DNA of 64,000 nt from an uncultured bacterium (lineage in GTDB: Bacteria; Patescibacteriota; Doudnabacteria; UBA920), in assembly GCA_963749445.1 (NCBI GenBank), contig CAVVMJ010000006.1, forward strand, positions 10,979-74,978, read 5' to 3'. The notes below the pieces were generated by a model. The model saw only the letters and a program-made list of their open reading frames with translations. It ran no database searches and was not told where the DNA came from. A program made the position numbers and the translations under genes. Below are positions 49,416 to 58,867 of this stretch, piece after piece. Each line of letters begins with the position of its first letter. The first letter of the stretch is position 1.

Positions 49416-49715
49416 TTGGCCGGGATGGAACGATTAAGATTTAAAAATATGTCGGAAGACTTTAGGAAAAAACTATCAAGCGCATCAAAGGAGTTGGGGA
49501 TAGAACCAACACCAGAAGGCCAAGAACCGATTATTGGAATTGGTAATAGAATTAGTTTTTTTATTTCCGCCCCAACAGGTGCCGGACGTTATCAAGAACA
49601 TGGAATTATTACAAGCAAACGAACAGATGAAAACGGAACTTTTATTACCCTGGATGATAGGAAGCAGATAGAATTTAGGGTAGAATCAATGGAAGAACTA
49701 AAAAAGATTCAATAA
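49416..49715 (+). CDS. Small hypothetical ORF inserted between atpA and atpG
   Basis: 99-aa AT-rich ORF that ends 2 nt before the atpG start. Confidence 0.3.
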   Translation: MAGMERLRFKNMSEDFRKKLSSASKELGIEPTPEGQEPIIGIGNRISFFISAPTGAGRYQEHGIITSKRTDENGTFITLDDRKQIEFRVESMEELKKIQ

Positions 49716-49717
49716 TT

Positions 49718-50765
49718 ATGCCAGGTATTAAAGAACTTAAAACCCGAATAAAGTCCATTAGCGGCACGCGCAAGGTGACGCGGGCTATGCAAATGGTGAG
49801 CGCGGCCAAGATGCGCAAGAGCCAGGACGCTACTTTACGCAGCCGATCGTACGCGAGTTTGGCGTGGGAGCTGATTGGGAATTTGTCATCATTTAGTGAA
49901 ATTGCGAGGAGTGCACCCGACGAAGCAATCCCATCAGATGACGAGACTGCTTCGGCTGCACTCGCAGTTTCCGACTTGCTTAAAATCCACCCCAAAGCCA
50001 CCAAAATCGCGGTTTTAATCCTCACAACCAACAGGGGAATGGTGGGAAGTTTGAATACGAATTTAATAAATTTAGTCCAAAAAACCATCAACGAATCAAC
50101 ACTTAGCCCTAACACCTTAGCCCTTAGCCCTGACTACATCACCTACGGCCGCAAAGGCCGCGACGTCATGGTTCGCAGCCACAAAGAAGTCCTGGCAGAC
50201 TTTGAAAAATTTGACCGCACAATTTCCACGGAAGATATTTTTCCAATTTCAAAACTTATTACCGAATTATATTCTTCGGACAAATACCAAAAAGTTTTGA
50301 TTTTTTATAACCATTTTGTGTCCACGTTAACGCAAAAACCGACGGTAAAGCAGTTGCTGCCATTTACTCCAACCACCCCGTCGGCTAACGCCGCCACCCC
50401 TCCTCTGCAAGGAGGGAAAGCTCCGCGGTTATCCCGCAATACCGCGGAGCCTCTCCCCCTGCCAAGGGGGAGTACCGCCGAAGCGCGGGGAGGGGGTTGG
50501 AGAAGCAACCGATTATCTTTTTGAACCAAATCCTAAAGAAGTTTTTGAGCACCTCTTGCCCCGCATCATCGAATCCCAAATTTACCAAACCATCCTGGAA
50601 TCCGAAGCCTCCGAGCAATCCGCCCGCATGGTCATGATGAAAAACGCCACCGAAGCCGCCGGAGATTTAATATCCGATCTGACTTTAACCTACAACAAAT
50701 TAAGGCAGAATAAAATAACCACCGAGCTTGCCGAGATAACAGCAGGTAAGATCGCTTTGGAATAA
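49718..50765 (+). CDS. atpG: F0F1 ATP synthase subunit gamma. It contains an in-frame TTAGCCC-type insertion at 50102-50132 and an R4 composite element at 50367-50502. The frame changes within the R4 element, so the listed ORFs split at 50524 and 50556.
   Basis: N-terminal ELKTRIKSISGTRKVTRAMQMVSAAKMRKSQ. C-terminal DYLFEPNPKEVFEHLLPRIIESQIYQTILESEASEQSARMVMMKNAT is readable only in the second frame. Confidence 0.75.
50367..50502. repeat. R4 composite element, copy B, inside atpG (module order 1-2)
   Basis: CTCCAACCACCCCGTCGGCTAACGCCGCCACCCCTCCTCTGCAAGGAGGGAAAGCTCCGCGG..CCGCGGAGCCTCTCCCCCTGCCAAGGGGGAGTACCGCCGAAGCGCGGGGAGGGGGTTGGAG. Confidence 0.7.
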
Positions 50766-50768
50766 TTT

Positions 50769-51143
50769 ATGAAAAATAGATCTGATTACAGCGACCCCGA
50801 AAAAATCAAGGCAAGCACAACTTACAAAAATAGTTTACTAATGCGTCTTGCAGGGGGAATATGGAATAAACTTTACGGCTCAACGCCAGACGGGGCAAAA
50901 CAATTTTCTCAAGATCGGAGAAATCAATCGGGAAAATTTAAAGAAGCTTCAGGCCATCTACAGTCACCAGAAACAGCACTAGAGTATGCAAGACAACTTG
51001 GAATCGAAAATGAGGAATTAGCAAAGATACAATACGAGGCATTAAATGACGCATCACGGTTAGGGGATATTTACGTGGCAGGATCACCCGAAGAACTTGG
51101 TCAAATAGTCAAAGATTTATCCAAAAAGAAGCCAGTTAGTTAA
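50769..51143 (+). CDS. Small hypothetical ORF inserted between atpG and atpD
   Basis: 124-aa ORF with no recognisable domain. Confidence 0.3.
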   Translation: MKNRSDYSDPEKIKASTTYKNSLLMRLAGGIWNKLYGSTPDGAKQFSQDRRNQSGKFKEASGHLQSPETALEYARQLGIENEELAKIQYEALNDASRLGDIYVAGSPEELGQIVKDLSKKKPVS

Positions 51144-52712
<1,569 letters not shown>

Positions 52713-52724
52713 AATCTAAACCTT

Positions 52725-53024
52725 ATGGTAAGTAGACAAGAAATGATAAATTTTGGTCAAGACTCCATAGGGAGGGAAAACCCACCCTTGCCTTATGATA
52801 TGGAAAAATTAGAGACTAGATTTAATATGCTTAGCAAGTCACCCCGAAAATTAGAAATAGCCGGTTTATGGGCGCAAAATCTGACAGCGCCTAAAATTGC
52901 TCAGATCACCGGTTTAACTAAGCATATGGTCGAATCACACATACACGAGATTTACGCCCATTTTTTAATTCACTCAAAGCGAGAGTTACAGGATGTCTGG
53001 AAACTCCTGCACCAAAATTCTTAG
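52725..53024 (+). CDS. Small LuxR/GerE-type HTH protein inserted between atpD and atpC
   Basis: LSKSPRKLEIAGLWAQNLTAPKIAQITGLTKHMVESHIHEIYAHF matches LuxR-family HTH spacing. Confidence 0.4.
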   Translation: MVSRQEMINFGQDSIGRENPPLPYDMEKLETRFNMLSKSPRKLEIAGLWAQNLTAPKIAQITGLTKHMVESHIHEIYAHFLIHSKRELQDVWKLLHQNS

Positions 53025-53034
53025 AATTTCGGTT

Positions 53035-53490
53035 ATGCCCAAACTCCATTTTCAACTCGTCACTCCGGAACGCACGGTTCTACACGAAGAACTGGATTCT
53101 TTGTCGTGCCCTACGACCTTGGGACAAATTACCATTTTGCCCGGACACATCCCTTTGGTAGCGACTTTAACGGCAGGGGAGTTGATTGCCAGAACGGGAG
53201 GGAAAGAGGAAAATATAGCGGTTACAGGCGGTTTTATTGAGGTTCGGGCCAATAATGAGGTAGTCGCGCTGGCTGACGCGGCCGAGCATTCTTACGAAAT
53301 TGACGTCCATAAAACCGAAGAGGCGGTCAAGCGCGCGCAAACCGCGATGAAAGAAACAAAAATGTCTTCCGAAGAATACGCCCGCGTCGCGGCCAGCCTA
53401 AACCAAAGCCTGACCAAACTGAATATCGCGCGCAAGCATTCCCACCGCCTTGGCGAGCCGATAACGGGCGAAGGAGTCTTCAAGGAATAA
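53035..53490 (+). CDS. atpC: F0F1 ATP synthase subunit epsilon. The start is assigned to the ATG at 53035; the listed ORF begins upstream, inside the preceding gene.
   Basis: LHFQLVTPERTVLHEELDSLSCPTTLGQITILPGHIPLVATL pattern of epsilon's N-terminal beta sandwich. Confidence 0.7.
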   Translation: MPKLHFQLVTPERTVLHEELDSLSCPTTLGQITILPGHIPLVATLTAGELIARTGGKEENIAVTGGFIEVRANNEVVALADAAEHSYEIDVHKTEEAVKRAQTAMKETKMSSEEYARVAASLNQSLTKLNIARKHSHRLGEPITGEGVFKE

Positions 53491-53497
53491 ACAAAAC

Positions 53498-53637
53498 GCG
53501 GAGCCTCTCCTCCTTCTCAAGGAGGAGTACCGCCCGCAGGGCGGGGAGGTGGTTGGAGTTGCTGACGGTAATACTCCAACCCTTCCGTCTCGCTGCGCGA
53601 TCCACCTTCCCTTTTTAAGGGAAGGAAGCTCCGCGGA
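53498..53637. repeat. R4 composite element, intergenic copy D (module order 2-1)
   Basis: CGCGGAGCCTCTCCTCCTTCTCAAGGAGGAGTACCGCCCGCAGGGCGGGGAGGTGGTTGGAG...CTCCAACCCTTCCGTCTCGCTGCGCGATCCACCTTCCCTTTTTAAGGGAAGGAAGCTCCGCGG. Confidence 0.65.
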
Positions 53638-53643
53638 TGTGCT

Positions 53644-54339
53644 ATGATATACCATCCAAAAACCAATCTTGAAAAATTTGGATTTAAAATCTACAATTTG
53701 CTTGTGGAAAACTTTCCGCAAACTTTCTACGTCGGCGGCATGGTAAGAGATCTTCTGCTGCGCAAAACCGTAACCGATATTGACATCGCGACAGAGGCCG
53801 GGCCCGAACAGGTGGCCGGCCTTTTGTCGTCTGCCGGCGTTTCCGCTGACCGGGCGCACCAAAATTTTGGAATCATTATTGCGAAAAATTCCAAACACAA
53901 AATCGAAATCGCAACCTTTCGTCGCGACTCCTACGGCAAAACGCGCTATCCTAAAGTAACTTTTGTCAAAAATCCCAAAACCGACAGCATGCGGCGCGAC
54001 TTTACCGTAAATGCCTTATACTTTAGCCCAAAAAACGGCAAAATCCTTGATTTCCACGGGGGATTGAAAGATTTAAAATTGAAAAATTTAAAATTCATCG
54101 GCGATCCGGCTAAGCGAATCAAAGAAGACCCGCTAAGGATAATCAGGGCAATCCGCTTCGCCCTGCAATTAAATTTTAAATTTGAAAATAAAACCAAGCT
54201 TGGCCTGGAAAAAAACTTTGGGATGATAAACCAGTTGACTGCCGCGCGGGTCAAGTCGGAATTGGACAAAATTTTAGATACCCGGAAAAAACAAATCGCC
54301 CGCGCGGTCATCAATCATAAAAAATTTCTTGACAAATAA
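53644..54339 (+). CDS. tRNA nucleotidyltransferase (CCA-adding enzyme or poly(A) polymerase family, short form)
   Basis: FYVGGMVRDLLL..DIDIAT and RRDFTVNALY head-domain motifs. Confidence 0.65.
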   Translation: MIYHPKTNLEKFGFKIYNLLVENFPQTFYVGGMVRDLLLRKTVTDIDIATEAGPEQVAGLLSSAGVSADRAHQNFGIIIAKNSKHKIEIATFRRDSYGKTRYPKVTFVKNPKTDSMRRDFTVNALYFSPKNGKILDFHGGLKDLKLKNLKFIGDPAKRIKEDPLRIIRAIRFALQLNFKFENKTKLGLEKNFGMINQLTAARVKSELDKILDTRKKQIARAVINHKKFLDK

Positions 54340-54639
54340 AATTTTTCCGCGTAAAATGATATTGACGGCTGACGGAGGCAGAAAGAAAATCCAGAGTGAC
54401 CAGCGTTTGGATCCGCGCCACGATTTGTTTTCCGGTTGGCGAACCGCGCGATCCGCGTTTTACTACTCAACCCGGGATCAAATTTAGTCCCGAGATACCG
54501 GAGTAGAAATTAATCAAGGGCGGCCAAAATCAGTCGCGCTTGAGGGAGACTAGCCCACATGGCTAAGAAAAAGAAGAAAGCGGCAAAAAGGAAGAAGCGC
54601 CGCTAGTCTTTGCTTCCCGATTGCATCGGGATAAACAAG

Positions 54640-54673
54640 ACCACCCCAAAATTTAGGGTGGTTTTGTTGTTTT
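54640..54673. terminator. Bidirectional intrinsic terminator hairpin ACCACCC-CAAAATTTA-GGGTGGT with T-runs on both strands
   Basis: Located at the 3' side of the minus-strand tRNA cluster. Confidence 0.5.
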
Positions 54674-54681
54674 ATATAAAC

Positions 54682-54759
54682 TGGCGGACCGGACGGGATT
54701 CGAACCCGCGATCTCCTCCGTGACAGGGAGGCGTGTTAACCAGGCTACACTACCGATCC
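54682..54759 (-). tRNA. tRNA-Asp (anticodon GTC)
   Basis: Reverse complement GGATCGGTAGTGTAGCCTGGTTAACACGCCTCCCTGTCACGGAGGAGATCGCGGGTTCGAATCCCGTCCGGTCCGCCA. Confidence 0.8.
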
Positions 54760-54768
54760 AGAAAAATT

Positions 54769-54845
54769 TGGTGCCGAGGAGAGGAATTGCACCTCTGACC
54801 TTGGGCTTATGAGTCCCACGCTCTAACTAACTGAGCTACCCCGGC
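54769..54845 (-). tRNA. tRNA-Met (anticodon CAT; elongator, or possibly the Ile2 type)
   Basis: Reverse complement GCCGGGGTAGCTCAGTTAGTTAGAGCGTGGGACTCATAAGCCCAAGGTCAGAGGTGCAATTCCTCTCCTCGGCACCA. Acceptor stem fully paired. Confidence 0.7.
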
Positions 54846-54991
54846 ATGAATGCAAACAATTAACAATTGACGATTAACTGTTGACTAACCAAAAAACCTC
54901 CGGACAGAAGGCTTTAAAATCTGTCACGATTTTTAGGTTATTCGATATTTAACCCGGTCAGTTTTCCATCAATAAAGATGAAAAACTAGCT

Positions 54992-55067
54992 TGGTTGCGG
55001 GACCCGGACTCGAACCGGGAACCTCAAGGTTATGAGCCTTGCGAGCTGCCAATTGCTCTATCCCGCG
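54992..55067 (-). tRNA. Initiator tRNA-fMet (anticodon CAT)
   Basis: Reverse complement CGCGGGATAGAGCAATTGGCAGCTCGCAAGGCTCATAACCTTGAGGTTCCCGGTTCGAGTCCGGGTCCCGCAACCA. It has the C1-A72 mismatch and closely resembles E. coli tRNA-fMet. Confidence 0.75.
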
Positions 55068-55135
55068 ATAAGCAGACATTATTATACATTAAAACGTTAA
55101 TTGATGCAAATCAAATTTAATGCTAACATACACTC

Positions 55136-56149
55136 ATGCAAAACACTATTCTTCTTATTATAATTTTAGTACTGTTGGCTGGTTTTGGTGTGCTTTTGTA
55201 TTTTTTGATAGACCTCAAAAAACGCTCGGAAAAACCACAGGACGACCAAGGTATGAAGGTTATGATGGAGTGGATGAAGGAAATCAAGCAGGGGACGGAC
55301 CAAACCAGGGTGGGCATGCAAAAATCCATTGACGATACTAACAAGGCCATTAACGAGCGCCTCGATAATGCCGGGCGGGTAATAGCGGCTTTGACAAAAG
55401 AACTTGGCGGAATATCGCAAGTAGGACCGGATATTAGACGGTTGACAGAAACCCTAGCCAGCCCAAAACTCCGCGGCAACTTTGGTGAAGAGATGTTGGA
55501 AAATATGCTTAGCCAGGCGTTACCAAAAAGCGGGTATCAAATCCAGTATAAATTTAAGAACGGAGAAGTGGTAGATGCCATAATTTATGTGGGCGAAAAA
55601 ATTCTGCCGATTGACAGCAAGTTTAGTATGGAAAATTTCCGTCTCTATAAAGAAGCCACAACTGACGAAGCCAAAGAAGCGCTCAAAAAAACTTTTCTAA
55701 AAGACGTCAAAAAACGCGTGGACGAAATCCATAAAAAATACATTTTGCCGCAGGAAAATACTTTTGACTTCGCGCTGATGTATATCCCTTCCGAGGGCGT
55801 GTTTAGCGAAGTGCTGGATGACACGCCAACGTTGGGCTATGGCCGCGAAAAGAAAGTTTACTTTGTCAGCCCGAACACGCTTTATCATCACCTGCAAATA
55901 ATTCTCCTGTCGCTCCGCGGCCAAAAAGTCAACGAAGCCGCCCAGCAAATTTTAGCGATGATAGCCGGCATTAAACAGGAATCCGATAAATTCGGGCGCA
56001 ACCTTGACGTCTTAGGCAACCATATCAAGAATGCCGGAAATACGATGGGCACCGTCACCAACGACTTTGCCAAACTCAAAACCAGCATCACCAACGCCTC
56101 ATCGCTTAAATTGGACGAACAAAAGGAAGACCAAAAATTATTGGAATAA
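55136..56149 (+). CDS. rmuC: DNA recombination protein RmuC
   Basis: N-terminal TM helix, coiled coil, then RGNFGEEMLENML..ILPIDSKF..YIPSEGVF. Confidence 0.7.
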   Translation: MQNTILLIIILVLLAGFGVLLYFLIDLKKRSEKPQDDQGMKVMMEWMKEIKQGTDQTRVGMQKSIDDTNKAINERLDNAGRVIAALTKELGGISQVGPDIRRLTETLASPKLRGNFGEEMLENMLSQALPKSGYQIQYKFKNGEVVDAIIYVGEKILPIDSKFSMENFRLYKEATTDEAKEALKKTFLKDVKKRVDEIHKKYILPQENTFDFALMYIPSEGVFSEVLDDTPTLGYGREKKVYFVSPNTLYHHLQIILLSLRGQKVNEAAQQILAMIAGIKQESDKFGRNLDVLGNHIKNAGNTMGTVTNDFAKLKTSITNASSLKLDEQKEDQKLLE

Positions 56150-56151
56150 CT

Positions 56152-56706
56152 ATGAGAAGATATGCCAAAGGCGAACAAATCGGAACTGGGGCACACAAAG
56201 ACGTTTTTGACGCCGCCGAAAACCCAAAACGTGTTGTCGCAGAATACAAAAAAAATGAAACTTTATCGGATGACCAAATTAAAAACGCTTATTATTTACA
56301 AAAAATTGCGCACATTTTTTTCCCAAAAAATATTCCTGATATAGAAGCGGCTTTTAATTATCCCGCAAACCCCAATGACCTAAACCCTGATACTAACAAA
56401 AAAACAAAAACTGGCCCAAGTTCTTTATATATTGAAAAGGGTTTTAGGGATGAAGGGCATGATTTAATTAATAAACACTTCGTTAAGTTATTTAGAAACG
56501 GTTTTCGACAAGGTTTTCCTGCAACTTCAGAGCATCAATCAGCCAAGATGCTTATAAGACTAAACGAGGATGATCCTGATGTGATTGATCTAATAAAATT
56601 TGCTAAGGAACGTGGCATAATCCTAGACAGAGGGGGACAAAATTTTTCACGGGACCCCGAAGCGAAACATTGTGTACCTAGAAACGAACCCCGCATGGAC
56701 CATTAA
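56152..56706 (+). CDS. Hypothetical protein
   Basis: 184-aa ORF with no recognisable domain. Confidence 0.3.
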   Translation: MRRYAKGEQIGTGAHKDVFDAAENPKRVVAEYKKNETLSDDQIKNAYYLQKIAHIFFPKNIPDIEAAFNYPANPNDLNPDTNKKTKTGPSSLYIEKGFRDEGHDLINKHFVKLFRNGFRQGFPATSEHQSAKMLIRLNEDDPDVIDLIKFAKERGIILDRGGQNFSRDPEAKHCVPRNEPRMDH

Positions 56707-56840
56707 GGATGACCGCAGTATATTTTATTATGCTGAACCAAATAAACTTAGGGACGCGATAATAAATTTAAAAAATCCCGACGAAAGAGACCAAGCCATT
56801 AAATACTATCAAAGATTAATAGAATTAATGCCAAAATAAT

Positions 56841-57359
56841 ATGTCTATAAGAAACCCGGACCAGCGTGTCGGCGTGTTCGTGGATGTGCAAAATTTGTAC
56901 TATTCCGCGCGCAATATGTATAACGCCAGAGTCAAGTTTAACGAAGTGTTGGAAGCGGCCGTGGGCGGCAGAAGGCTAATCCGCGCCATTGCTTACTGCG
57001 TCAAAGCCGATATGCCCGAAGAGCATACTTTTTTTGAAGCTTTGGAAAAGGCCGGCTTTGAAGTTAAAATTAAAGAGCTGCAGACGTTTGCCGGCGGGCA
57101 CCAAAAAGGGGATTGGGATGTCGGGATCGCCATGGATATTATTAAGCTGATGAACAAGCTGGACGTAATTGTCCTGTGCAGCGGCGACGGCGACTATCTC
57201 CCGCTTTTGGAATACCTGCAAATGTCCGGTCAATTTACTGAAACCCTAGCCTTTGGCAAATCCTGCTCGGGCAAAGTCAAGGAAGTTACTGACTTTTTCA
57301 TTGACCTAGATGAAAATCCGCGCAAATTTTTAATGCCCATAAAAAATGCGCGAAAATAA
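56841..57359 (+). CDS. NYN-domain (LabA/DUF88-like) protein
   Basis: RVGVFVDVQNLYYSAR..IRAIAYC..DVIVLCSGDGDYLPLLEYLQ. Confidence 0.6.
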   Translation: MSIRNPDQRVGVFVDVQNLYYSARNMYNARVKFNEVLEAAVGGRRLIRAIAYCVKADMPEEHTFFEALEKAGFEVKIKELQTFAGGHQKGDWDVGIAMDIIKLMNKLDVIVLCSGDGDYLPLLEYLQMSGQFTETLAFGKSCSGKVKEVTDFFIDLDENPRKFLMPIKNARK

Positions 57360-57642
57360 CACTCCAAGCACTGAGTCAAAAAGAGGTGTTTTGCCCGAAA
57401 GATTAACTGTCGGGGATCATATTCTACGGGCGGGCTTGAGCCAAAATGAATCTGACTTACACACCGGTTTCCTTAAACAGGCAAGCGAGGTTGGCTCAAG
57501 AACAATTCTCGTCCAAGCTCCGCCCAAGACACCGCATAATGAGTTTGCGGTATCCTTAAATCGTTTGCAAAAATTGGGCTTTATTTCGTACGTTAGAGAT
57601 GAGTCTGGTAAAAATTTTAAGATTACCATTATTAAAGAATAA
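57346..57642 (+). CDS. Hypothetical protein overlapping the 3' end of the NYN gene
   Basis: 98-aa ORF. Confidence 0.25.
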   Translation: MRENNTPSTESKRGVLPERLTVGDHILRAGLSQNESDLHTGFLKQASEVGSRTILVQAPPKTPHNEFAVSLNRLQKLGFISYVRDESGKNFKITIIKE

Positions 57643-57680
57643 GAAATTTGATGCCAATTAAAGCCGGAAGGAAATAATTT

Positions 57681-57926
57681 ATGGGCGAAACAAAATTTAA
57701 AGGCGAAAGAGCCAGTTTGTCACCATCGGCCATCCGAATGTGCGAACAAATTTTAAAATTTTTTCCTGATCAAGAATTCTCAATGGCACAGCTAAAAAGC
57801 AAACTGGGCAATCCACCCGATTTTACAATGGTTTTTAATGAATTGATTGGAAATAAAGTTAGCATGTCGGGTACAAGAGATACTGGGCCGCAAAAATCTG
57901 TTGTGGTTTTTAAGCTGAATAAATAA
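57681..57926 (+). CDS. Small protein, putative antitoxin partner of the downstream PIN gene (stop and start abut as TAAATG)
   Basis: Position and size only. Confidence 0.25.
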   Translation: MGETKFKGERASLSPSAIRMCEQILKFFPDQEFSMAQLKSKLGNPPDFTMVFNELIGNKVSMSGTRDTGPQKSVVVFKLNK

Positions 57927-58373
57927 ATGAAAATCGTACTTGATACCAACGTTTTAATCAACGGCTTTAAGGACGAATATTTCTACGAAAAAAAGATTAT
58001 TGACGCCGTGATTGCCGGGGAAATAGAGGCTTTTGCCAATAAACAGACCTTGCGGGAGAATAAGCTAATTAGCTCGCAACTGATTGACAACGACGAGTAC
58101 AAAAACCAACTCAACGATTTATTTGCGCAAATTAATTGGGTCGAAAATCATCGGAACATCCGCATAGTCTCCGACCCCGAAGACAATAAAATTCTGGAAA
58201 GCGCGGTAGAGGCGGAAGCGGATTTTTTGATAACATCCGATAACGCGCTTTTGGGCATCGGCAAATATCAAAGCGTAAAAATCACCACCCCGGCGCAGTT
58301 TTGGGCAAACTACAAGGATGAGGGGATGGACTTGTGGAAGCAATGGACAAATTTTATTTCCAAAGACAAATAA
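57927..58373 (+). CDS. PIN-domain nuclease (putative toxin)
   Basis: MKIVLDTNVLI..DPEDNKILESAVEAEADFLITSDNALL matches the PIN acidic triad spacing. Confidence 0.55.
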   Translation: MKIVLDTNVLINGFKDEYFYEKKIIDAVIAGEIEAFANKQTLRENKLISSQLIDNDEYKNQLNDLFAQINWVENHRNIRIVSDPEDNKILESAVEAEADFLITSDNALLGIGKYQSVKITTPAQFWANYKDEGMDLWKQWTNFISKDK

Positions 58374-58374
58374 T

Positions 58375-58430
58375 CCGAAACTTCGAAAGGCAATGCGAAA
58401 CTGCGAAAATAAATACGAAACTTCAAACCG
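58375..58430. repeat. CGAAA-motif inverted repeat flanking the GxxExxY gene: GAAACTTCGAAAGGCAATGCGAAACTGCGAAAATAAATACGAAACTTC. Its partner lies at 58812-58865.
   Basis: The right-flank reverse complement is AAATGCGAAACTTCGAAATAAAACTGAAACTACGAAAAAATCTACGAAAG. Confidence 0.5.
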
Positions 58431-58432
58431 GT

Positions 58433-58813
58433 ATGGCAAATCCAAAATTAATAAGAAACGACATTCTTTACCCTGACTTATCTTACAAAATTACTGGGCT
58501 TTGTTTGGAGGTTAAAAAAGAATTGGGACGTTTTGCCAGAGAAAAACAGTTTTGTGACAGGTTGGAACAAAAATTTAAAGAAAACGACATGAACTACGTC
58601 AGGGAGTTTATTATAAAGGGAACCGGCAATCGGGTTGACTTTATCGTTGAAGACTCAATCTTGCTTGAGATAAAGACAAAACCCTTTATCGAAAAAGCCG
58701 ATTACTTCCAGACCCAAAGATACTTAAAAGTACTGAATTTAAAACTTGGCCTAATTGTGAATTTTCAAAGTATTTACCTAAAACCCCAGAGAGTGATTAA
58801 TTTCCAAAGTTAA
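58433..58813 (+). CDS. GxxExxY protein (PD-(D/E)XK-like, TIGR04256-type). The start is assigned to the ATG at 58433.
   Basis: LSYKITGLCLEVKKELG..GNRVDFIVEDSILLEIKTK..QRYLKVLNLKLGLIVNF. Confidence 0.6.
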   Translation: MANPKLIRNDILYPDLSYKITGLCLEVKKELGRFAREKQFCDRLEQKFKENDMNYVREFIIKGTGNRVDFIVEDSILLEIKTKPFIEKADYFQTQRYLKVLNLKLGLIVNFQSIYLKPQRVINFQS

Positions 58814-58867
58814 CTTTCGTAGATTTTTTCGTAGTTTCAGTTTTATTTCGAAGTTTCGCATTTATAA

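Noticed and set aside
50102-50132. TTAGCCC / CCCTAA repeats resembling telomeric repeats.
   Set aside because: They are short, internal to coding sequence, translated in frame as LSP..LALSP, and part of a palindromic insertion. They are not a terminal tandem array.
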